DNA from: an uncultured Veillonellaceae bacterium
GTDB taxonomy: Bacteria; Bacillota; Negativicutes; UBA1444
NCBI GenBank assembly: GCA_964521625.1
Contig: CAZFSM010000012.1
Location: 1,310 to 65,309, forward strand
Direction of reading: 5' to 3'
Length of the DNA stretch: 64,000 nt
Every line of letters starts with the position of its first letter. Positions within the stretch are counted from its first letter, which is position 1. Below, one piece after another: positions 10,384-20,914 of this stretch. The notes beneath the pieces were generated by a model. That model saw only the letters and a list, made by a program, of their open reading frames with translations, was not told the DNA's origin and made no database searches. The position numbers were made by a program, and so were the translations under genes.

Positions 10384-10730
10384 TCAAGCGCCCCCTTCTT
10401 CCATGCATACCATAGTCCCAGCAGCAGGATGGCCATGAATACCAACATCGCCATAAATGCCGGAGCATTCATACTCCGAAAAACAACCGCCCACGGATAT
10501 AGAAATGCAGTTTCCACATCAAACAAAACAAATGCCAGGGCATAGAGGAAATAACTGCTTTTGAACTGGACCCAGGAACGCCCGATCGTATCGATGCCGC
10601 ATTCATAGGTCAATAACTTTTCCCGGGTTGGTTTGCGGATATGAATCAGCGAAGATGCAATGAGTGGAATAAAGGGAAAGATAAATGCCACACCGGCCAA
10701 AATTGCGATGGCCCCATACTGTTCCAACAT
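10374..10730 (-). CDS. nuoA: NADH-quinone oxidoreductase subunit A
   Basis: The true start [14 protein letters not shown] at 10730 follows AGGAGG. The protein contains [11 protein letters not shown]...FDVE, typical of NuoA. The track ORF reads further upstream. Confidence 0.85.
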   Translation of the reverse strand: MLEQYGAIAILAGVAFIFPFIPLIASSLIHIRKPTREKLLTYECGIDTIGRSWVQFKSSYFLYALAFVLFDVETAFLYPWAVVFRSMNAPAFMAMLVFMAILLLGLWYAWKKGALEWK

Positions 10731-10744
10731 GAAAAAACCTCCTG

Positions 10745-11107
10745 TCAAAGATAACTTGCTAACAAGAAACGCCCCGTGATAACTAAAACCGAACCGGACA
10801 CTAACAGACCCACCGTAACCCAACTGATGCTACCCCGCAGCCAACGATCCGGAATATCGAGATAAGCCTCGCCTGGATCAACCGGATTGCAAAAGGCGAC
10901 CGCAAAAGTTTCCAGCTCCCGTTGCACCCGTTCCTGTTCCCCGGCCCGGAGTGTCCAGTGCACTGGTAACATTTTGCGGCTCAGATAAGCCACGCCATTT
11001 CGTTCATATTCAAACTCAATCGCAGCAATACGCAGACCCCGTTGTTTTTTGCCTGGCTGCCAACCACCCGGCTTGAATTCGAGAGAGCCGGGAATTACTC
11101 GCGCCAC
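10745..11107 (-). CDS. DUF3592-like membrane protein; true N-terminus uncertain (in-frame read-through to about 11236)
   Basis: C-terminal ...VAFCNPVDPGEAYLD followed by a TM helix (ISWVTVGLLVSGSVLVITG). The track start is a GTG. The frame stays open upstream and encodes a second TM helix (EVLWACFIISSLTTVFLY) and a strong GGAGGGG Shine-Dalgarno sequence, but no ATG, GTG or TTG. Confidence 0.45.
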   Translation of the reverse strand: MARVIPGSLEFKPGGWQPGKKQRGLRIAAIEFEYERNGVAYLSRKMLPVHWTLRAGEQERVQRELETFAVAFCNPVDPGEAYLDIPDRWLRGSISWVTVGLLVSGSVLVITGRFLLASYL

Positions 11108-11251
11108 ACACTGCGGCCAATGAACAATTGTCTTTTCAACCTGACGCCGACGATATAAAAAGACTGTTGTCAGGCTGGAAATGATGAAACAGGCCCACAG
11201 AACTTCTATGCTGATCGCTTCAGTTCCCCTCCCCTTTCAACTGCCGTCACA

Positions 11252-12205
11252 CTAAACGCGTACCGGATTCAGACTCTGCCAATTGACCGTCCCTACGCCC
11301 AACCCGGCAGCAATACCAATATAACCAACATCCGACGCTTTCATGCCAAACAGCTCAGCCCCGTAGGCATCGGCCGCCACCGGATCAACACTGAAAATCA
11401 GCTGATTATACTCGCGGATCGTGCCTGGCCCCATCGGGCCATGGCTGGTAATTCCCTGGATTGCATCCATAATAACCAGGTTCGGTTGCTTGAATGCCGC
11501 AAGTTCAGCGATTGTCCGATGCAGGTCGGTCCGGTGAAAAAAGCCCCGATCCCAGACCAGCCCCATCATATTTTTAAGCCCCATCGTCAATCCTGTGCCG
11601 TTATGGTGCTTCAAAATCGGAAAACTAATGAATACATCGGCCTCCAACACATCTTTAGAATACTGGAGCGACTGAAGTACCGTACCTCCGGCATTGGAAG
11701 CGGTATAAAACTCCGCCGACAATTTGTTGATCGTAAAAACCCGGCCACCAGCGGCCTCAGCAGCCCGGCGGATGCCGGAGTTTTCCAGACACATCTGAGA
11801 ATTGGTAAACGGATAATCAATCACCTTGACCGATTTCGCTCCGGCACCCAGGCAACGTTTAACCAGCGCCGCTACCAACAGAGGGTTGGTTGTCGCCGCT
11901 TGTTCAGGTGTGCGCGGAACACTGAAATTCGGTTTGATGACGACGCTCTGTCCTGATTTTACAAAACGCCCGATACCGCCCATCGCCTGCAAACCGCGTT
12001 CCATCAGTTCTTCCGGTTCGGTGCCGTTAACAACCACCATAGCCGGTTTACCGGAACTTGCAACAGGTGCAGCCGTGGCTGCTGTTGGCTGAAGTTGCGG
12101 GGGGATGCCGACATCAGCGCTGGATTTGCTGGTACCACATCCCGACAGGGACATGGCCGAAATCGAACCAATTGTCGCCAATTTTATAAATTCTCTGCGT
12201 TTCAT
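11252..12205 (-). CDS. DUF362 domain lipoprotein with a Tat-type signal
   Basis: N-terminus MKRREFIKLATIGSISAMSLSGC contains a twin-arginine motif and a lipobox. The body resembles the DUF362 family. Confidence 0.6.
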   Translation of the reverse strand: MKRREFIKLATIGSISAMSLSGCGTSKSSADVGIPPQLQPTAATAAPVASSGKPAMVVVNGTEPEELMERGLQAMGGIGRFVKSGQSVVIKPNFSVPRTPEQAATTNPLLVAALVKRCLGAGAKSVKVIDYPFTNSQMCLENSGIRRAAEAAGGRVFTINKLSAEFYTASNAGGTVLQSLQYSKDVLEADVFISFPILKHHNGTGLTMGLKNMMGLVWDRGFFHRTDLHRTIAELAAFKQPNLVIMDAIQGITSHGPMGPGTIREYNQLIFSVDPVAADAYGAELFGMKASDVGYIGIAAGLGVGTVNWQSLNPVRV

Positions 12206-12237
12206 CGTTTTCCTCCCCCTTGGCGGTCAAATTTATG

Positions 12238-13983
12238 TTATTTTTCCATTAGTGAATCACTAAAAGGTGGCTGATGTTCATCATCTTCACATTCAAACGG
12301 CCAGGCCGCAACACCGCCTTCGATCACCTTGACGTTCTCAAAGCCTTCGCCTTCCAGGATACATTCCGCGTCATAACCACCCAGGCTGATTTTGCAGAAC
12401 GCGACAATCTCGTCCGCTTTGCCCAATTCAGTCAGCCTGCTGCGCAATTGCTCCAGCGGGATATAAGTCACGTTGCGGCAGGAGGCGATACGAACCGACT
12501 TGCATTCCTCCGGACTGCGAACATCCAAAAATACCGTCTTGGCCGATGCCAGTTTTTCTTTAGCCTCCAACGTCGAAATGCCCTTAAACTTGCCGGATAT
12601 TTTGTTCATCAGAGTATTGGCGGCCACCGCGGCATTGTCAATCGGGTTATTGAATGGCGGTGCGTAAGAAAGATCAACATCAAACAGGTCGTCGATTGTT
12701 CCGCCAAAGGTCAACACCGAAGCCACAACATCAATGCGTTTAGCAACATCACCCTCGCCGAACGCCTGAATTCCAAGCACTTTTCGACTCTTCACATCAG
12801 CAATCAATTTGATGGTAAGCAGTTTTGAATCCGGCATATAATGCGCCCGGTCATTTCCTGTCGTCATTGTCGTAACAATCTCATAGCCGGCTTCCTTGGC
12901 TTCCCGCTCAGTCAGACCGGTTTTACCGACATTCATATCGAGCAGGCGCACAACTACCGTGCCAAGAATCCCGCGAAATTTGACGTTGGCGCCGCAAATA
13001 TTCTCGCCAATCACCCGCCCATGCTTGTTGGCAATCGATCCCAGGGCAACAAACATTTTTTTGCCGGACACCATATGGGTATTTTCCGCACAGTCACCGC
13101 CGGCGTAAATATCCGGATCACTGGTCAGCATATTCTTATTGACCATAATCGCGCCGGAAGCGCCGATTTCCAAGCCAGCTTCATGCGCCAAACCAACTGT
13201 AGGCTTCACCCCGACTGACAAAACAACCACATCGGCAGGGTATGTTCCTTTATCTGTCACAACGGCACTTACCACGCCATCGCCTTCAAATCGCTGAACT
13301 TTTTCCTGCATCCGAATGTCAATACCTTTGCCTTGGGCATATTTTTCAACCGACAAGGCAACTTCCGGGTCGAGAAAGGCAGGAAAAACATGGTCCTGCA
13401 TCTCCACAATCGTAGTATGTACACCCCAGCGATGAAACGCCTCCGCCATTTCGATTCCGACCAGACCAGCGCCAATGATAACGGCATTTTTCACCTGGCG
13501 GCCTTCCAGTAAAACGCGGATCGCCTGTGCATCATAAGGATGCCACATCGGAAAAATATTACCCAGCTCAACACCAGGAAATGGAATCCGCACCGGCGTC
13601 GAACCGGTGGCAATCACCAGTTTGTCATAGGGAATATCGGTTTCTGCGCCACTAGGCAGATCTTTCACCCGGACGGTTTTTTCTGCCCGATTAATACTTA
13701 GCGCTTCTGTTTTCGTCAGGACATCCAGGTCCTTGGTGGCTTTAAAAAACTCCGGATTTCGCATCGATCCATTCGGTGTCATCATCAGATGATCAATCGA
13801 GGCTACATTGCCGGATACGACATAGGGCATGCCACAGGCGCCATAGGAGACGATATCGCCGCGTTCGATCACGGTGATTTTTGCCCGGGAATCGCCGCGA
13901 CGCACTTTTGCTGCTGACTTGAGACCGGCAGCAACCCCGCCGATGATGACGATATTACGAGCCACCGTTTGGTTTGACTCCAC
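12238..13983 (-). CDS. CoA-disulfide reductase / NADH-dependent persulfide reductase with a C-terminal rhodanese domain
   Basis: FAD/NAD Rossmann start IVIIGGVAAGLKSAAK, redox cysteine SYGACGMPY, and a C-terminal rhodanese active site (VAFCKISLGGYDA). Confidence 0.8.
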   Translation of the reverse strand: MESNQTVARNIVIIGGVAAGLKSAAKVRRGDSRAKITVIERGDIVSYGACGMPYVVSGNVASIDHLMMTPNGSMRNPEFFKATKDLDVLTKTEALSINRAEKTVRVKDLPSGAETDIPYDKLVIATGSTPVRIPFPGVELGNIFPMWHPYDAQAIRVLLEGRQVKNAVIIGAGLVGIEMAEAFHRWGVHTTIVEMQDHVFPAFLDPEVALSVEKYAQGKGIDIRMQEKVQRFEGDGVVSAVVTDKGTYPADVVVLSVGVKPTVGLAHEAGLEIGASGAIMVNKNMLTSDPDIYAGGDCAENTHMVSGKKMFVALGSIANKHGRVIGENICGANVKFRGILGTVVVRLLDMNVGKTGLTEREAKEAGYEIVTTMTTGNDRAHYMPDSKLLTIKLIADVKSRKVLGIQAFGEGDVAKRIDVVASVLTFGGTIDDLFDVDLSYAPPFNNPIDNAAVAANTLMNKISGKFKGISTLEAKEKLASAKTVFLDVRSPEECKSVRIASCRNVTYIPLEQLRSRLTELGKADEIVAFCKISLGGYDAECILEGEGFENVKVIEGGVAAWPFECEDDEHQPPFSDSLMEK

Positions 13984-14104
13984 GGATGCACCAACCTTCC
14001 AACCCCCCTCAACCAGGGGGGTGTACTGCTGCTTCCATTTTACTTGATAATGAATGACTCAGTCAATCGGCGAACTCTGAACAATCCGCAAACTCAAAAT
14101 GTTG

Positions 14105-14142
14105 ACAAAAAACCGGAAATTCCGCAGGAGAACTTCCGGTTT
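14105..14142 (-). terminator. intrinsic terminator downstream of the ferritin gene
   Basis: AACCGGAAaTTC...GAAcTTCCGGTT hairpin followed on the minus strand by TTTTGTC. Confidence 0.5.
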
Positions 14143-14162
14143 TTATCATTTTAGCTTAATGA

Positions 14163-14663
14163 TTATTCGGCGCGGCGATACATTTCCTTGTCAATATACA
14201 TCACACCATTAACATTCTTCTCGCCGACCATTTTCAGTTTGTTGACAATTTCTGTAGCATTTGCCTCTTCTTCGACCTGTTCGTTAATGAACCATTGCAG
14301 GAAGATTTGCGCAGCATAGTCTTTTTCTTTCAACGCAGCTTCATACAAATTGGTAATCATCGCGGTGACTTTTTGCTCATGAGCCAACACTTCTTCAAAC
14401 AGTTTCAGCATTGAACCAAACTTAGCCGGCGGAGCAGCAATTGGTTTTAATTCCACTTCGCCGCCGCGTTCCAGAATATAGCCAAGAAATTTCATTCCAT
14501 GAGAGGTTTCTTCTTTGTATTGCAGTTTTAACCAATGGGCAAACCCCTTATAATTTTCCGACTCACTATAAGCCGACATCGCCAAATACAATTGAGCCGA
14601 ATAGAATTCAGCCTGGATTTGCGTGTTCATCATGTCTTGCATTTTTTTACCTAACATTTTCAT
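14163..14663 (-). CDS. non-heme ferritin
   Basis: 166 aa with ferroxidase-centre residues (EFYSAQLY...EETSHGMKF...HEQKVT). Upstream promoter TTGAAT-N16-TGTTATAAT has an extended -10. Confidence 0.85.
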   Translation of the reverse strand: MKMLGKKMQDMMNTQIQAEFYSAQLYLAMSAYSESENYKGFAHWLKLQYKEETSHGMKFLGYILERGGEVELKPIAAPPAKFGSMLKLFEEVLAHEQKVTAMITNLYEAALKEKDYAAQIFLQWFINEQVEEEANATEIVNKLKMVGEKNVNGVMYIDKEMYRRAE

Positions 14664-14885
14664 CGCTCCTTTTAATTTAAATTTATTCTTAATTGGTATG
14701 TATTCCTATTAGTATTATAACACTATTTTACAAATATTCAAGGTCAGTTAGAACAAAATCTCCGATTGTTTAAAGTCATCCTACACTGCGTTCACCAATC
14801 CAATGCAAAGGAAAATCAGTGACTGGGTGCGAATTAGAATAAAAAGAATCAACCAATATTAACAAACAGAAATGGAGTTGTCTCT

Positions 14886-16289
14886 GTGAAAAACTACAAT
14901 CATGTTACTGCCGATATTCTTACCCAATTAAAGACAATTGTCGGCGATAAATTCGCATTCTCAGATATCGAGAAATGCGCCACCTATTCATGCGATGAAA
15001 CGCCGGACAGTAAATATGCCTGTCAGCCGGAAGCCGTTGTGCTGCCCCAAACGACCGATGAAGTATCCCGCATCATCAAACTGGCCAACCGAACCGGGAT
15101 TTCCGTTGTGCCCCGCGGGGCCGGCACAGGTCTCGCCTGCGGCGCCATCCCGATCACCGGCGGGATTGTGCTGTCTCTGGAACGATTCGATCGAATCATC
15201 GAAGTCAACGCTGCTGCAATGTATATGATCGTGCAAGCCGGTGTGCGAACGGATGAGGTGCAAAAAGCCGCCAAAGCGGCAGGACTGTTATATGCCGGCG
15301 ACCCCTGCAGCGGCGACAGTTGTTTCATTGGCGGCAACATCGCCACCAATGCCGGCGGAAACCGGGCAGTGAAGTATGGCACTACCCGACACCAAGTCTA
15401 TGAATTTGAAATAGTGACCCCCTTGGGCGACATTGTTCGGCTTGGCAGCCGCCTGAACAAAAATACCACCGGCTACTGCCTGGAACAATTGATCATCGGC
15501 TCCGAAGGAACCCTTGGCATCATCACCCAGGCTACGTTAAAACTCAAGCCTTTGCCTGCTCACGTCATCGATGTATTAACCGTCTTTGCCGATGTCGAGC
15601 CTGCTATCGCAATCGTCGGCCTTATGCTGAGGGCCGGCCAGACACCGACCTGCGTCGAATTCATGGACAACGCAGCCGTGCAAAGTGTTGAAAGGTTTTT
15701 GCAAGAAAAATTGCCGCATAGTGAAATCGGACACTACGTGATCATCCAGCTGGAAGCAGACAGCGAAGAAGACTTGGAAAATAAAACAGTGACGCTGGAT
15801 GAGCTCTGCAGTAAAAATGGCGCGATTGCCGTGCTGGTGGCCGATTCGCAAAAGATCTGGAAAGCCCGCAAGGCCTTCACGGAAGCAACCCGCCTGGAAA
15901 GTGCGGTTCAATCCTTCGAAGACATTGTGGTTCCGGTAGACCGGATCCCTGAAGCAGTATCGGCCAGCAATCGAATTGCCGGTCAATATGACTTGACGAT
16001 CCGAATGGTCAGTCATGCCGGAGATGGCAATATTCACCTGACTCTGTTCCGCGGTGATCTGCCGGAAGATGAATGGGACCGCCGCCTGAACGGCTTTGAA
16101 AACGAGTTGTACCAAGTCGTTTACCAACTGGGAGGCCGCCTGTCCGGCGAACATGGCATCGGTTACAAACGCAAGGATCTGATGCAACAGTTCACCGATC
16201 CGGTGGAGCTGGACATGATGCGCCGGATCAAGCTGGCGCTCGACCCCAATCTGATTCTCAATCCCGGCAAAATATTTGATGTGGAGTAA
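14886..16289 (+). CDS. FAD-linked oxidase (GlcD / D-lactate dehydrogenase family)
   Basis: 467 aa, GTG start after GGAG. FAD_binding_4 region (VVPRGAGTGLACGAIP) and a C-terminal FAD-oxidase_C domain. Confidence 0.8.
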   Translation: MKNYNHVTADILTQLKTIVGDKFAFSDIEKCATYSCDETPDSKYACQPEAVVLPQTTDEVSRIIKLANRTGISVVPRGAGTGLACGAIPITGGIVLSLERFDRIIEVNAAAMYMIVQAGVRTDEVQKAAKAAGLLYAGDPCSGDSCFIGGNIATNAGGNRAVKYGTTRHQVYEFEIVTPLGDIVRLGSRLNKNTTGYCLEQLIIGSEGTLGIITQATLKLKPLPAHVIDVLTVFADVEPAIAIVGLMLRAGQTPTCVEFMDNAAVQSVERFLQEKLPHSEIGHYVIIQLEADSEEDLENKTVTLDELCSKNGAIAVLVADSQKIWKARKAFTEATRLESAVQSFEDIVVPVDRIPEAVSASNRIAGQYDLTIRMVSHAGDGNIHLTLFRGDLPEDEWDRRLNGFENELYQVVYQLGGRLSGEHGIGYKRKDLMQQFTDPVELDMMRRIKLALDPNLILNPGKIFDVE

Positions 16290-16307
16290 CGCAAAATATC
16301 AACAACA

Positions 16308-16353
16308 AAAAGACTGTCGTCAATCCAGAATACTGGATCAGCGACAGTCTTTT
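16308..16353. terminator. bidirectional terminator between the convergent FAD oxidase and purD genes
   Basis: 12 bp inverted repeat AAAAGACTGTCG...CGACAGTCTTTT with a nested TCCAG/CTGGA hairpin. Confidence 0.55.
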
Positions 16354-16377
16354 CCTTTATTTCAGCGGCTCCTTAAC

Positions 16378-17649
16378 TTAGTCTCTATTTAACGCTCTAT
16401 GGGCAATATCCTTGCGGTACTGCATCCCGGCAAACTTAATCTGTTCCACGGCAGGATAGACTTTTGCCACTGCCGCCGCGATATCCTCCGCCACCGCAGT
16501 CACACCGAGCACACGACCGCCATGAGTTACAATTGTATCGCCGGCCAAAGCCGTGCCGGCGTGAAATACCACGGCGCCCTTCGTTTCTGCTGTCGCCATA
16601 CCGCTGATGGCATCACCTTTGCGGTACTCACCCGGATAACCACCGGCAGCCAGCACGACGCAAACGGTAGCGCCCTTTTGCCAGTGCACTGCTGCTTCAG
16701 CCAGTGTGCCGTCGATACAGGCTTCCAGCACCGGCAGCAAATCTCCTTCTAGTAGCGGCAATACCACCTGGGTCTCGGGATCGCCGAACCGGGCGTTGAA
16801 TTCGATCACTTTCGGTCCTGACTCCGTGATCATTAGCCCAGCATAGAGACACCCCTGATAAAGGATTCCGTCGTTACGCAGACCATCAATCATTGGCTGC
16901 AAAATGGTCTGTTGCACTTCGGCAAGCAATTCCGGCGTCATCACCGGCGCTGGTGCGTAAGCGCCCATGCCGCCGGTATTGGGACCGGTATCGCCATCAC
17001 CGACCCGTTTGTGATCCTGCGCCGCCACCATCGGCACGACAGTGAAACCATCGGTAAAGGCCAATAGTGAAGCCTCCTCGCCAATCAGCCGTTCTTCCAG
17101 AACCACTTGACTGCCGGCATCGCCGTGCACCTTTTTCAACATGATTTCGTCAATCGCCTGTAACGCTTCCGCCGCCGTCTCCGCCACTACGACGCCTTTG
17201 CCGGCAGCCAGCCCATCGGCCTTGACCACAATACCGGCACCTTTTGCTTCGATATAGTTGCGGGCATCTGCGGCTGAGTCAAACACAGCGAAGTCAGCCG
17301 TCGGCACTCCATACTTTCTCATCCGGTCCTTGGCGAAACTCTTGGACCCCTCCAACTGCGCCGCTTCCTGCGAAGGGCCAAACACTTTCAGCCCCCTTGC
17401 TGAAAAATAATCTGCAATTCCATCCGTCAGCGGCTTTTCTGGCCCGACAACCGTCAGGTCGATGTTATGCTCCTGAGCAAAACCACACAGGGCTTTGATA
17501 TTATCCGCCGATATGTTCACGCATTCAGCCAAGGCTCCGATCCCCGGGTTGCCTGGCGCACAGTAGATCTTCGTCACACGGGGACTTTGGGCCAGCTTCC
17601 ACGCCAGGGCATGTTCGCGCCCGCCGCCGCCCACCACCAGGATTCGCAT
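16378..17649 (-). CDS. purD: phosphoribosylamine--glycine ligase
   Basis: MRILVVGGGGREHALAWKL, an ATP-grasp enzyme. Confidence 0.95.
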   Translation of the reverse strand: MRILVVGGGGREHALAWKLAQSPRVTKIYCAPGNPGIGALAECVNISADNIKALCGFAQEHNIDLTVVGPEKPLTDGIADYFSARGLKVFGPSQEAAQLEGSKSFAKDRMRKYGVPTADFAVFDSAADARNYIEAKGAGIVVKADGLAAGKGVVVAETAAEALQAIDEIMLKKVHGDAGSQVVLEERLIGEEASLLAFTDGFTVVPMVAAQDHKRVGDGDTGPNTGGMGAYAPAPVMTPELLAEVQQTILQPMIDGLRNDGILYQGCLYAGLMITESGPKVIEFNARFGDPETQVVLPLLEGDLLPVLEACIDGTLAEAAVHWQKGATVCVVLAAGGYPGEYRKGDAISGMATAETKGAVVFHAGTALAGDTIVTHGGRVLGVTAVAEDIAAAVAKVYPAVEQIKFAGMQYRKDIAHRALNRD

Positions 17650-17668
17650 AGTACAACCTCCAGTTAGT

Positions 17669-19210
17669 TCAATGTTTGAAATGGCGCATCCCGGTGAAAA
17701 TCATCGCGATGCCGTGTTCATCCGCCGCGGCAATCGACTCTTCATCGCGCATCGAACCGCCTGGTTGGATGATCGCGGTAATTCCAGCCTTAGCTGCCGC
17801 ATCCAGCGTATCGCGAAACGGAAAAAAGGCATCCGACGACAGCACCGCGCCGCGAGCCGCTTCTCCGGCTTGTTTCAGGGCGATTTCCGCCGCGCCGACC
17901 CGGTTCATCTGCCCAGCCCCCACGCCGATCGTGCGGCCTTCGCGGGCAATCACGATGGCGTTTGATTTTACATGCTTGACAACTTTCCAGGCCAATTCCA
18001 GCTCTTTCAGTTCGGCTTCCGTCGGCATTCTTTGGGAAACGGTCTTCCATTCGCCAGGCTGTGCGTCAGCTGTGTCGGTCGCTTGAACTAGCATTCCGCC
18101 TGACACCGTCTTGATGTCATAGCGTTGTTTGGCGTCAGGCTGCGGCAAATCCGCCGTCAACAGCCGAACATTTTTTTTGGCGCCTAGTATCTCCAGCGCT
18201 GCCGGCTCAAAGACCGGCGCAATCACCGCTTCAAGAAAAATCGCCTTGAGCTGTTCGGCGGTCGCCGCATCCACCGGCCGGTTCAGCGCCACGATACCGC
18301 CAAATGCCGATACCGGATCTGCCTCATAAGCCAGTTTGTAAGCAGTTGCTATATCATCGGCTGTTGCCGTACCACAAGGATTGGTATGCTTGATAATCGT
18401 CGCGGCCGGTTTGCTGAACTCCGCCGCAATTGCATAGGCCGATTCAAGATCGACGATGTTGTTGAAGGAAAGTTCCTTACCAGCCAGTTGTCGGGCATAG
18501 GCCACTCCACTCCTGGCATCATTGTCACGGTAGAACGCCGCCGTCTGATGCGGGTTTTCGCCATAGCGCAGATTCTGCAGTTTTTCCCAGGGCAGAATCA
18601 GAGTCGAGGGATATTCACCCTCGCCAGTCTGCTCGGAGAAATAACGCGAAATCGCCGCATCGTACTCTGCAGTATGGGTAAACGCTTCGCGTACCAAAGT
18701 CAGGCGAGTCGGCGCAGTCACTTCGCCATGCGCTGAGAGCTCAGCCACCACCTCGGAATAACGCTCCGGATTGACGACCACGGTCACATAACGGTAGTTC
18801 TTTGCTGCGCTGCGCACCATCGCCGGACCACCGATGTCGATGTTCTCCACTGCATCTTCCTGGGTCACGCCCTGTTTGGCAATCGTCTGGCGAAACGGGT
18901 ATAAATTTACAACGACCAGATCGATCGGACAAATCCCGTGTTCCTGCATTGCCGCCGCGTGTTCCGGGTTGTCGCGTACCGCCAGAATCCCGCCATGAAT
19001 ATAGGGATTCAGGGTTTTCACACGACCATCCATCATTTCAGGAAATCCAGTGACATCACTGATATAAATGACGGGAATCCCCGCCTCCTGCAACGCCTTC
19101 ATTGTGCCGCCGGTCGAAACGATCTCGATTCCCAGTTCCGTTAGTTTTTTGGCGAAATCCACCACGCCCGTCTTGTCCGATACACTGATCAACGCCCGTT
19201 TCGCCTTCAA
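17669..19210 (-). CDS. purH: bifunctional AICAR formyltransferase / IMP cyclohydrolase
   Basis: 513 aa beginning [23 protein letters not shown] (MGS-like domain). Confidence 0.95.
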   Translation of the reverse strand: MKAKRALISVSDKTGVVDFAKKLTELGIEIVSTGGTMKALQEAGIPVIYISDVTGFPEMMDGRVKTLNPYIHGGILAVRDNPEHAAAMQEHGICPIDLVVVNLYPFRQTIAKQGVTQEDAVENIDIGGPAMVRSAAKNYRYVTVVVNPERYSEVVAELSAHGEVTAPTRLTLVREAFTHTAEYDAAISRYFSEQTGEGEYPSTLILPWEKLQNLRYGENPHQTAAFYRDNDARSGVAYARQLAGKELSFNNIVDLESAYAIAAEFSKPAATIIKHTNPCGTATADDIATAYKLAYEADPVSAFGGIVALNRPVDAATAEQLKAIFLEAVIAPVFEPAALEILGAKKNVRLLTADLPQPDAKQRYDIKTVSGGMLVQATDTADAQPGEWKTVSQRMPTEAELKELELAWKVVKHVKSNAIVIAREGRTIGVGAGQMNRVGAAEIALKQAGEAARGAVLSSDAFFPFRDTLDAAAKAGITAIIQPGGSMRDEESIAAADEHGIAMIFTGMRHFKH

Positions 19211-19857
19211 TGCAGCTCGCCTTCTTCCTTTGGTTTTTGCCGGGGCGGCAATATTTTTACGGCCCGCCCTGCGATGTGAATTCTATCTTCACAATATAGT
19301 CTTACCGCCCGCACATACAAGCGATGTTCCAGATGCAAAATTCGTTCTGCCAGAGTCGTAACCGTGTCGTCTTCTTCCACCGGCACTGCTTCCTGCAGAA
19401 CAATCGGACCCGAGTCCATCCCCTCATCGACAAAATGCACAGTTGCGCCTGACACCTTTACTCCATAGTCAAGCGCCTGCTGCTGTGCATCCAATCCGGG
19501 AAAAGCAGGCAACAATGCGGGATGAATATTCATGATCCGCGTCGGAAACCGGTTGATAAACTGAGGGCTGAGAATCCGCATGAACCCGGCCAGCAAAACC
19601 AGTTCGACGTGATGCAGGTCCAGTTGCTCGATAATAGCAGCTTCAAAAGCTTGTTTGGTGGCGTATTTTTTGCGCTCAACAACGGCAGTCGGGATATTCA
19701 GCCCGGCCACCCGCCGCAATGCATTTGCTTCGGGATTATCGGCAATCACTACGCCGATCTTGGCGACAAGACGGTCCGAATTGATTGCGTCCACGAACGC
19801 CTGCAAATTACTGCCGCGTCCCGACACCAGAATCCCCAGCACTTTTTTACGCACCAA
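19207..19857 (-). CDS. purN: phosphoribosylglycinamide formyltransferase
   Basis: 216 aa ([16 protein letters not shown]...[12 protein letters not shown]). Confidence 0.9.
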   Translation of the reverse strand: MVRKKVLGILVSGRGSNLQAFVDAINSDRLVAKIGVVIADNPEANALRRVAGLNIPTAVVERKKYATKQAFEAAIIEQLDLHHVELVLLAGFMRILSPQFINRFPTRIMNIHPALLPAFPGLDAQQQALDYGVKVSGATVHFVDEGMDSGPIVLQEAVPVEEDDTVTTLAERILHLEHRLYVRAVRLYCEDRIHIAGRAVKILPPRQKPKEEGELH

Positions 19858-20914
19858 ACACGCCTCCCTTCAGTTCTACGGTTTGATCACCGGTTACTAC
19901 GCGACCGATCCGGTAACAGATTTCGCCCTGGTCGGCCAGCGCCCGTTGCACCTGCGGCGCCATCTGCTCAGACACTACCAGGATCATGCCGATGCCCATA
20001 TTAAAGGTCCGGTACATCTCAGGCCAAGCTACTTTACCCCACTGTTGCAGCAAGGCGAAAATTTCCGGTCGGGGCCAGTTTTCGACATTGACTACCGCGC
20101 CGCAACCCGCCGGCAACACCCGGGGAATATTATCGTAAAAACCGCCGCCAGTGATGTGAACCATCCCTTTGATCTCATAGTTCTCGATCAGCGGCAGACA
20201 TATTCTGGGGTACAAGCGGGTTGGCGTAAGCAACTCCTCGCCCAGCGTCTTGCCCAGTTCCGGGACTTGCGTATCGACCGTAAATCCCTGATGTTCAAAG
20301 CAAATCTTCCGCACCAGTGAAAATCCATTGGAGTGCACACCAGTGGAGGGCAGTCCGAGCAACACATCACCAGCGACAATTTTTTCACCGGTAATCAGCC
20401 GCGACTTCTCCGCCACCCCGACCGCAAAACCGGCAACATCATATTCGCCATCCGGATAAAAGCCCGACATTTCAGCTGTTTCACCGCCAATCAGCGAACA
20501 GCCGGACTCTTTGCAGGCTTTGGCCACGCCACTGACGACAGTGGCGACTTTTTCCGGCTCCAATTTTCCGACGGCCAGATAGTCAAGGAAAAACAACGGC
20601 TCGGCGCCTTGCACCAGGATGTCGTTGACGCACATGGCCACCGCATCCTGGCCGATCGTATCGTGCCGATCCATCATGAACGCCAGTTTTAATTTGGTTC
20701 CGACGCCGTCAGTTCCCGATACTAGAACCGGCTCGGCGTATTTTTTCATATCCAGGGCAAACAGCCCGCCAAAACCGCCGATGTCCGACAACACTTCCTT
20801 GCGGAAGGTGGCCCGGACATGCGCTTTCATCAAATCGACCGAACGGTTGCCAGCGTCAATATCAACCCCGGCATCGCGATAACTGAGCCCCTTGTCCGCT
20901 TGCTTCCCGTTCAT
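19847..20914 (-). CDS. purM: phosphoribosylformylglycinamidine cyclo-ligase (AIR synthetase)
   Basis: 355 aa AIRS N-terminal and C-terminal domains ([14 protein letters not shown]). Confidence 0.9.
   Translation of the reverse strand: MNGKQADKGLSYRDAGVDIDAGNRSVDLMKAHVRATFRKEVLSDIGGFGGLFALDMKKYAEPVLVSGTDGVGTKLKLAFMMDRHDTIGQDAVAMCVNDILVQGAEPLFFLDYLAVGKLEPEKVATVVSGVAKACKESGCSLIGGETAEMSGFYPDGEYDVAGFAVGVAEKSRLITGEKIVAGDVLLGLPSTGVHSNGFSLVRKICFEHQGFTVDTQVPELGKTLGEELLTPTRLYPRICLPLIENYEIKGMVHITGGGFYDNIPRVLPAGCGAVVNVENWPRPEIFALLQQWGKVAWPEMYRTFNMGIGMILVVSEQMAPQVQRALADQGEICYRIGRVVTGDQTVELKGGVFGA

Noticed and set aside
13269-13487. 72 aa minus-strand ORF
   Set aside because: It lies in a different frame wholly inside the CoA-disulfide reductase gene.
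14664-14720. Fur/PerR operator at the ferritin promoter
   Set aside because: Only one half-site (TTATAAT) matches. The second half is 3/7. Too weak to call a feature without a PWM scan.
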